From the NCBI GenBank assembly GCA_003693705.1, contig RBZT01000398.1:1-54592 (forward strand): DNA of 54,592 bases, read 5' to 3'. Position numbers and translations under genes: made by a program. The notes beneath the pieces are model-generated. The model made no database searches. It saw only the letters and a program-made list of their open reading frames with translations, and was not told the origin of the DNA. Every line of letters begins with the position of its first letter. Position 1 is the stretch's first letter. Source of the stretch: Polymyxa betae A26-41 (taxonomy: Eukaryota; Protista; Endomyxa: Phytomyxea). Of the stretch, positions 48,260 to 54,592 are shown one piece after another.

Positions 48260-50230
48260 TAATTGCAAGATAGTCTTTGACCATCATAATCAACCTGGGG
48301 AAATTCTTCCCATTTACCTGGAGCCACGTCAAAACGTCTCGACTAGACTGCTCAATGGACATAGAGGGATATTCTAGCCAGCGTTTGAGCTCTCCCTCGA
48401 TAGGCTCGGATGATATCGCAGATGTCGCAGCACTTTCATCTGACTCACACAGCGCTGCGATAAGTTTACTTTTCTTCTTTAACGGCTCGTTCTGAGTTTG
48501 AATATTGGCGCAATCGATTTCAGAATTAAATCTGAAGAATCGGGTTTAGAAATACATCAAAATCTTTTCATTTTCGGTTTACCTTTGTTCGTAATTGCTC
48601 TTAAACGCATCAATAACCAAGTTCTTATCAATAGGTTTACGCAATTGACAAGCCGCTCTGAGCATATCAAAAGTATTGTTCCAAAGAGTCTCGACGTCCA
48701 GCGACAAATTGGCTTCCGAAACATTCAGGGATTTACATACCTCAGCAAACTTCTCTTTCATTTTTGGCGAATCTGAATCCTTTTTCCAACCTATTGCGGC
48801 ATCGACGGCAGGTGCTTTCTTGAGCCCATGTTTAATTGCAATCTGCATTCAATGGGCGAAACAGCGAATCAAAACAACTTTACGTTCGTCGGAATCGCAA
48901 TCAACAAAGGAGTATCATTGCGGGATTGGTACTATCATTATCTGCTGTTATCGGCCATATCGAATTCAAAAGATCTGTCAGCATATCACTGACAGACTGG
49001 AATAAGGTTGTTGCAAGCCGATCCGCTGTGTGAGGGTAAAGAACCCTCACGAAAGCGATAATTATGGATTTCATTTCCCATTGGTCAGCGATAACATGCA
49101 ATGTCACAACCATAGAGCCTGTGTATGTAGTCAGAACCGAAATAATACAGAAAATGGTCAATGACCTTTGTTCGCAGCCGACGTCCACATGTCAGTGGTA
49201 ATACTGCATTTGCGATTGCGAACATGTTTCCATAAATACGAACGAACGTCGGGGCGAGCTTGCTCCCATCTTTTCAACACCCAATTCCGGACAGTTTCAC
49301 GACTCGGAAGAGAATAGCCTTCTTCCAGAGCGTCGCAGAAAAGAATAAAGTTTTTCCTGCTCCACAACATTATTGAAAGGGTTCGAGTGATAAACAATCC
49401 AATCAATCAAGTATTGATTAGCTTTGTCACGTCGATGATTTTGGCGGCAGAGACGTTTTCTTCTGGACGACAGTATATTTTGAGACTTTGAGAAACCCAT
49501 CGGTAAGCCGTTTCTGGTTGGGATTGGGATTGTAGAGTCCGGAATGCTTAAGTTGTAAATGATGCCGAACTGTGTAGGTGTTTTTTGTCGACCAGATCTG
49601 TGAATTGCAAATTATCAATTATGACCATATAATGAATGCAAAAATTGTACGGTTTGTCGATTGGACTTGCTTATATACTTATGCTTACAGGCCCAAACGT
49701 TTTCCCCGGACTTATCAATTTCTTCGACATGCAGCCAAACATCTGAGCCAGGTTCCTTGGATAGATTAGAACGCGGAGAACTCGCAGTTCAAACAGAGGT
49801 GCAAGCGTCTGCTTCATCTTTTGGGTCAGGAACTTTGGATACGGCCTCGTCAGCAAAAGCATCCTTTGCTCTAGAGCAGCTCTGAGAGTGCGAATCTGGC
49901 GGAATCTATAGTCTATCTCCAGAATAGCACTAGACGCGAGCGACCGTGCAATCGTGCAACTCGGATGGGCATGGGCTGTGCGGCTGCCACTTCAACTAAT
50001 AAATACGTATCGACAACTAAGTACTCACGAAAGGTCAACTGAGTAATGAAGTTAGCGTTTTGTGTATTGTCATGATTAATCGATCGATTGGGATGATGGA
50101 TAAATCGATTTAGATGTTCCAAAATATCGACTCGGAGTCGACTAAGTCGACTCCAAAACTGTTCTGAGTCGACTCGACTCAACTCGCAGAAAAACCGGAG
50201 TTGACTCGATTTGAGTTTTTAGCAAGTCTA
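48260..50230 (-). mobile_element. hAT element (degraded), terminus at 50230
   Basis: SITTDMWTS; YPHTADRLA; ITADND; IRCFAH; LDVETLWNNTFDML; GACTC/GAGTC subterminal repeats 50125-50215; TAGACTTGC terminus on the minus strand. Confidence 0.85.
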
Positions 50231-51050
50231 GTAATCCGACTTCCTGACACGGATCGAGTTCCTATCGAGATCAGCTCCAGCACCAAAATGTTCCCATATT
50301 TTGCCAAGTTGCATCGGAGCGCTGGATGGAACACACATTCCATCCAAGCCCAGTTCCAACAATTCCAAAGCGTTTCGGAATCGCAAAGGGCTCTACAGCC
50401 AAAATGTTCTGGCTGCATGTTCATTCGATCTGAAGTTCGTATACGTTCTTGCTGGATGTGAAGGTTCAGCATCGGATGCTGGTATCTTTGCAGATGCCAC
50501 CTGTAGAGACTTCGCAATGCCAGCGTGCAAATATTACCTCGGGGACGCTGGCTATGCTTTGAATTCGAAGGGTTTGACTCCATACCGAGGCGTTCGTTAT
50601 CACCTGCGGGAATGGAGTCTGGGCAACTAGCGACCACAAAACGCAAAAGAGCTGTTCAATTTGAGGCATTCTCAACTTCGTAATGCAATTGAGCGGATTT
50701 TTGGCGTTTTGAAGAAGCGTTTTCCGATTCTGACGATGGCGCCTGACTACGCTTTCGAATCACAGGTCAGACATCTGCATGTTCTTACGACGATATGATA
50801 TTTGACATTGTCTTCTGTTCAGGTTAAACTTGTGTACGCGCTCTGTATTTTACACCTGATCTCTGACAATGAGAACGACATGTATTTCTGGAGTCGAGCG
50901 GCTCAACGACGCGTTCTTCGAGTCTTGCGGCAAAGCAATCGTCGTAACATTAGTCAAAGGGTTAGTGGCTCCGCTGAAGCTAATGCTAAACGTTTCAGAG
51001 ATGAAATTGCCCAGCAAATGTGGGAGGATTATCTACAGCACACTGAATAA
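50231..51050 (+). pseudogene. Harbinger transposase (5' part lost at the hAT junction)
   Basis: CIGALDGTHIP; QNVLAACSFD..GCEGSASD; YLGDAGY..TPYRGVRYHL; ELFNLRHSQLRNAIERIFGVLKKRF. Confidence 0.9.
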
Positions 51051-52285
51051 GGTGTCCCTAAATTGCTGGAAATTTATTTCTAGTCCCAAAGATGATTCGT
51101 GGAGGCCAGCCGGTGCGGGGTGATGGATTCCATGATAGTAATCTGGCGACTGACCCATTCATCCCGGGATGCACCATCTGGCATCCCGATGAATAGGAAG
51201 GCTTTGTTCGGCGCCGATAAAACGTCATAGGCTATTGCCATTCATGGGCAGATAGCGTATCGAGGTAACACCGGTGGAGAACGTCCATGGCTTTTCTTAT
51301 GTAGCCAAAGTCCAGATTGCCAGCAAATTCATCTTTCTTTCAGGCTGGCCGTGGCTTTCGACTAATCGTTCGAGGGTCTGCGTAATCAGGAATCCAGCAG
51401 TTTTTGGTGTCGAAGATTTGGGACCGCGATCTCCAGTTGCAGATCGCTTGCGCCCCTCCTCGTTCTGGGCATGCTGATTTCGTCAGAGCTGCTACCAATT
51501 TCATAGGTCGTGCCCTGCGACCATTCATGCAATTGGGACAGTTCAGGACCTAGGTCTGAATCCGAATTCTTAAACAAGCCGAAAGCGTCACTGTTATAGT
51601 CGCCAAAAGGAGCACTTAACGGTAATTCAGATCTTGTCACATCACCAGCATGATCTGGTTTGTCTGGCAACTGCAAAGCTGGTGTTATGGCTGGAGGAGA
51701 GACAGACTCGGCGATCTGCGCCATCGAGACAGCTCCTGCGCCGGTAGCGACAGTACCCTCGAACAGGCTAACCAGATTCTCGAAAAGGGAATAGCACGTT
51801 CCTCGCCATTTACTGTACTTCTTCTTATGCGCCTGCAAGCTGTCAGTTGATGATCGATTGGAATGCTAGTTAGGGTTTAGGGTTTACTTCTTGCAAACCA
51901 TCCCAGACTTCTTCGGAAGAGGTGACACATTGTTTGACTGGATTCCAGCCGAACCCGGATAGGTTTTTCAAAAACGTGATCGCCTTATAGTTTCCTTTCA
52001 ACTAAATACAGGTTATAATCAGCTCAAAATTCAATGCAGGCAAGAAACTTACAGCTTCGTACTTGTCTTTGATTTGAGTTGCCGATCACGGCCCCTCCAA
52101 TTTCTTGTTGAATTTTGCACGATGTTGGTCCAAACAGCTGGCTTAAAGTTTCCATCCGAGCCTCGTCCTTGATCGATTTCATTCTGCAAGAGTTGAACTA
52201 GCCGCTTCTCCATTTTATCTGTCCGGTTCGCTCTGGGCGTAGAACTGGGATCTTCCGACTTCGAATTTCGGCGTTTCGGGGGCAT
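51050..52285 (-). pseudogene. Harbinger Myb/SANT-like partner (spliced); element right end GCCAAACGCACTC|TTA at ~52663
   Basis: RAN(R)TDKMEKRLVQLL..GRGSDGNFKPAVW..QLKSK; SGFGWN; FENLVSLFEGTVATG. Confidence 0.8.
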
Positions 52286-53423
52286 CGTATTTCTAATTGC
52301 ATTATTTTGTAAACTGACAAAAAGCATTGATATAATCTAGCGATTATCGAGCAGAAATCAGTGAGTCAGCATCGCTAAGCAGTGATTCATTATATATTCA
52401 TGCATAAAGCTACAATTGTGCCGGAATGTGGTGTGACCTGAATATTTCGTCACTCCATTAGCTGACATGCACTAGTTCGAAGACACCAACAAAAGCACAA
52501 ATAAAATCAAATTTGTTCAAATGGATCTTTGTCAGAGAAACTGTAGCTTTTATTGGAGTGTTTGGCTAGAAAACTGTGAGAAATCGAAACTGCGGCCAGG
52601 ACCGTAGCAGCTGTAGTTTACGAAAAACCAAGGGTTTGTGCTTGTTTGTTGCCAAACGCACTCTTAGCCAATATCAACATTTTCTATCATCTTCAATTTG
52701 ATAGGGCTGATTGCCCAATTTGGAAATTTTTTCATTGTTGAAGTCATTGAGCTTTTTGAGATATATTTTTAATCCTTGTTTGTATTTTTTTGAGCATTTA
52801 TTGATTGTGAATCTCTATCTGTTATGGATCGTCTCGCTTTTGAAAGCTTATCTGTCTATTGTTGGTTGTTTTATTCTTGTTAATGCTTAGTTCAATTAGG
52901 GTTTAGGGTCCCATAATCGTGCTCTACCTGGAACCCTGCTACGCCGTCATCGTCCTCGTCCTGGACCGCTCCGTGGACATTAATCGTCAAGTTTTTGGCA
53001 GGTCCTTAACGTCATCGGTCAAGCGAGATCTGGCCTGGAGGCCTTGTCGCTGTCATTGAAACGATGCTGGAAATCATCGCGTTTCCTACATTGGTGCTGT
53101 TGGTGATCATTATCTAGCAATCCTGGTCCTGAATGCATTTTATGTGTTAATCTCGCTTCAGAGTTTATTTGCTGTTTTTTATGTTTTGTTAAGCTTTTTA
53201 GCTTTTTAATCGTTCTTCTTTGCTGAACTGTGCTACATGTCCCAACATCTGCTTTTTAACATGAGAATAAATCAATGTTACTAAAACACTTCGTCTTCAT
53301 TTATTGATCTTTATCCTGATGATTTTAGATGCTGATCTCTTCCGATCTTCCTGTTCGAATTGCAAAATAACCTTTCAGGCGTTCGATCTTTCCAAGCATT
53401 ATATTAACTGGCTCAACGGCTTT

Positions 53424-54300
53424 TCAAAATACCCATCTGTGGCAATCTACGCGTCTTTGCACACAATCTGTGGGTGAAATCAGAATGGATCCTTCAATCC
53501 AGTTCCAGGACGGTTGCTCCGCTACGGGGTACGTGGCGGAGTCGTCCCGATTATTAGTGTAGTTTATATATAATAAAAATAAAGGTCTTTTTCTGGAAAT
53601 TACTGTATTAATTGACACACATCGTGACCATTTCATGTTTTCAACTGGCGTCATCGCCTGCACTCTTGGCAAGCCAGTTTCCTCATCAAAGGTGCACCCG
53701 ATTTTTGGATCGTGGAGAGAGCGATACCATTCGACAAACGCCAATTGCATCGGTGAAATATTATGTCCTATGCTGATGATTGTAAACCAGTTTGAAGCGC
53801 TAAACCAGACATCATTTCTGTTTGAAGCCGCTGTCACCCTGACCTGCATCATGTGGTTGTTTGTTTTCAGTGCTCGAGTTCTTTCGTAATCTCGGGATCA
53901 AAACAGCCTTCCACGATGCATCAAGCGGCTGATACTGTCGAAGCGGCCTATTGACAGCTATTACAATCATCTTCAATGCACTTTCTCACGCCAGCACAAA
54001 GCGTTTGATCTAGAAATTCTCAAGAACTAACACTGTTTATTTCTAACAAACTAAAAGATGTAATAAAGCATGGCAATTGAAGAGAGAATTATCTTCTGAT
54101 CAGAATTTTGACCCGATAATAATTTTACCCTACCTTGCAAAGCCTCAGTCAGAGATTTGTCGAAACCGTTACTGGACAGAAACTGGATCAACTCGCCCTT
54201 GTTTTCACGCCAAAACTGGATAGGTTTTTGACGTATTTTCTCAGGCTCCAAGGTGTTTTGAGATTTCCATTATAGGTCCTAACTGCACAACTGTACTGCT
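53424..54300 (-). pseudogene. Possible Plavaka/CACTA-type transposase C-terminal region
   Basis: QLAFVEWYR..DEETGLPRV..CVSINTV resembles the C-terminal LAxVEW block of Plavaka/EnSpm-like transposases; no catalytic core seen. Confidence 0.4.
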
Positions 54301-54592
54301 CGACTCTATGGAACAGGTCTTCGTGAAGTTTACCTATCTACCGTATAGTGCGGGACTTTGTACCCCCCAGTGAAAATTGATGTATATTTTATATTTCTTT
54401 TGTGAGGACATTTATATTGGCGCAAATTAAATATCTGCGTAGGCCGCGTCAAGCCGAGTCGATTGATGTATAGATTTTCAACCTTTGTCTTTTTCTGTGA
54501 TGGTGAGGGGCCTCCATCAGCACCAGCCAGGCGAGGTCATCGACATCGTTGGAGTTGCGTCTGGCGATTCAGGCCGAACCTGTGAGAATCAC

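Overview
Eukaryotic, intron-containing, transposon-saturated (heterochromatin-like) region with no intact host gene and no prokaryotic features. Short GT-AG introns, TTTAGGG/TTTTAGGG-like repeats and the TE lineages suggest a protist such as a plasmodiophorid or oomycete (inference). Most of the window is nested, degraded elements: about 10 PIF/Harbinger elements or fragments (DDE transposase plus Myb/SANT-like partner), several Ty3/gypsy elements (one near-complete chromovirus), one Ty1/copia 3' half, four related ~330-bp LTRs, hAT elements and a hAT MITE, an IS630/Tc1/mariner-type transposase, a Plavaka/CACTA-like C-terminus and a 4-copy ~300-330 bp tandem array. The best candidate for a poorly described system is the 3.3-kb element at 187-3479 (TATA|CACT...AGTG|TATA). 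It encodes a piggyBac-like DDD transposase with a YqaJ/lambda-exonuclease domain, itself carrying a SAP domain, inserted between the 2nd and 3rd catalytic Asp. Manual splicing also revealed a cryptic convergent pseudogene pair absent from the ORF track: a UPF1/DNA2-like SF1 helicase and a PhyH-like 2OG-Fe(II) dioxygenase (17750-20110). All domain calls are by-eye motif recognition; no searches were run.
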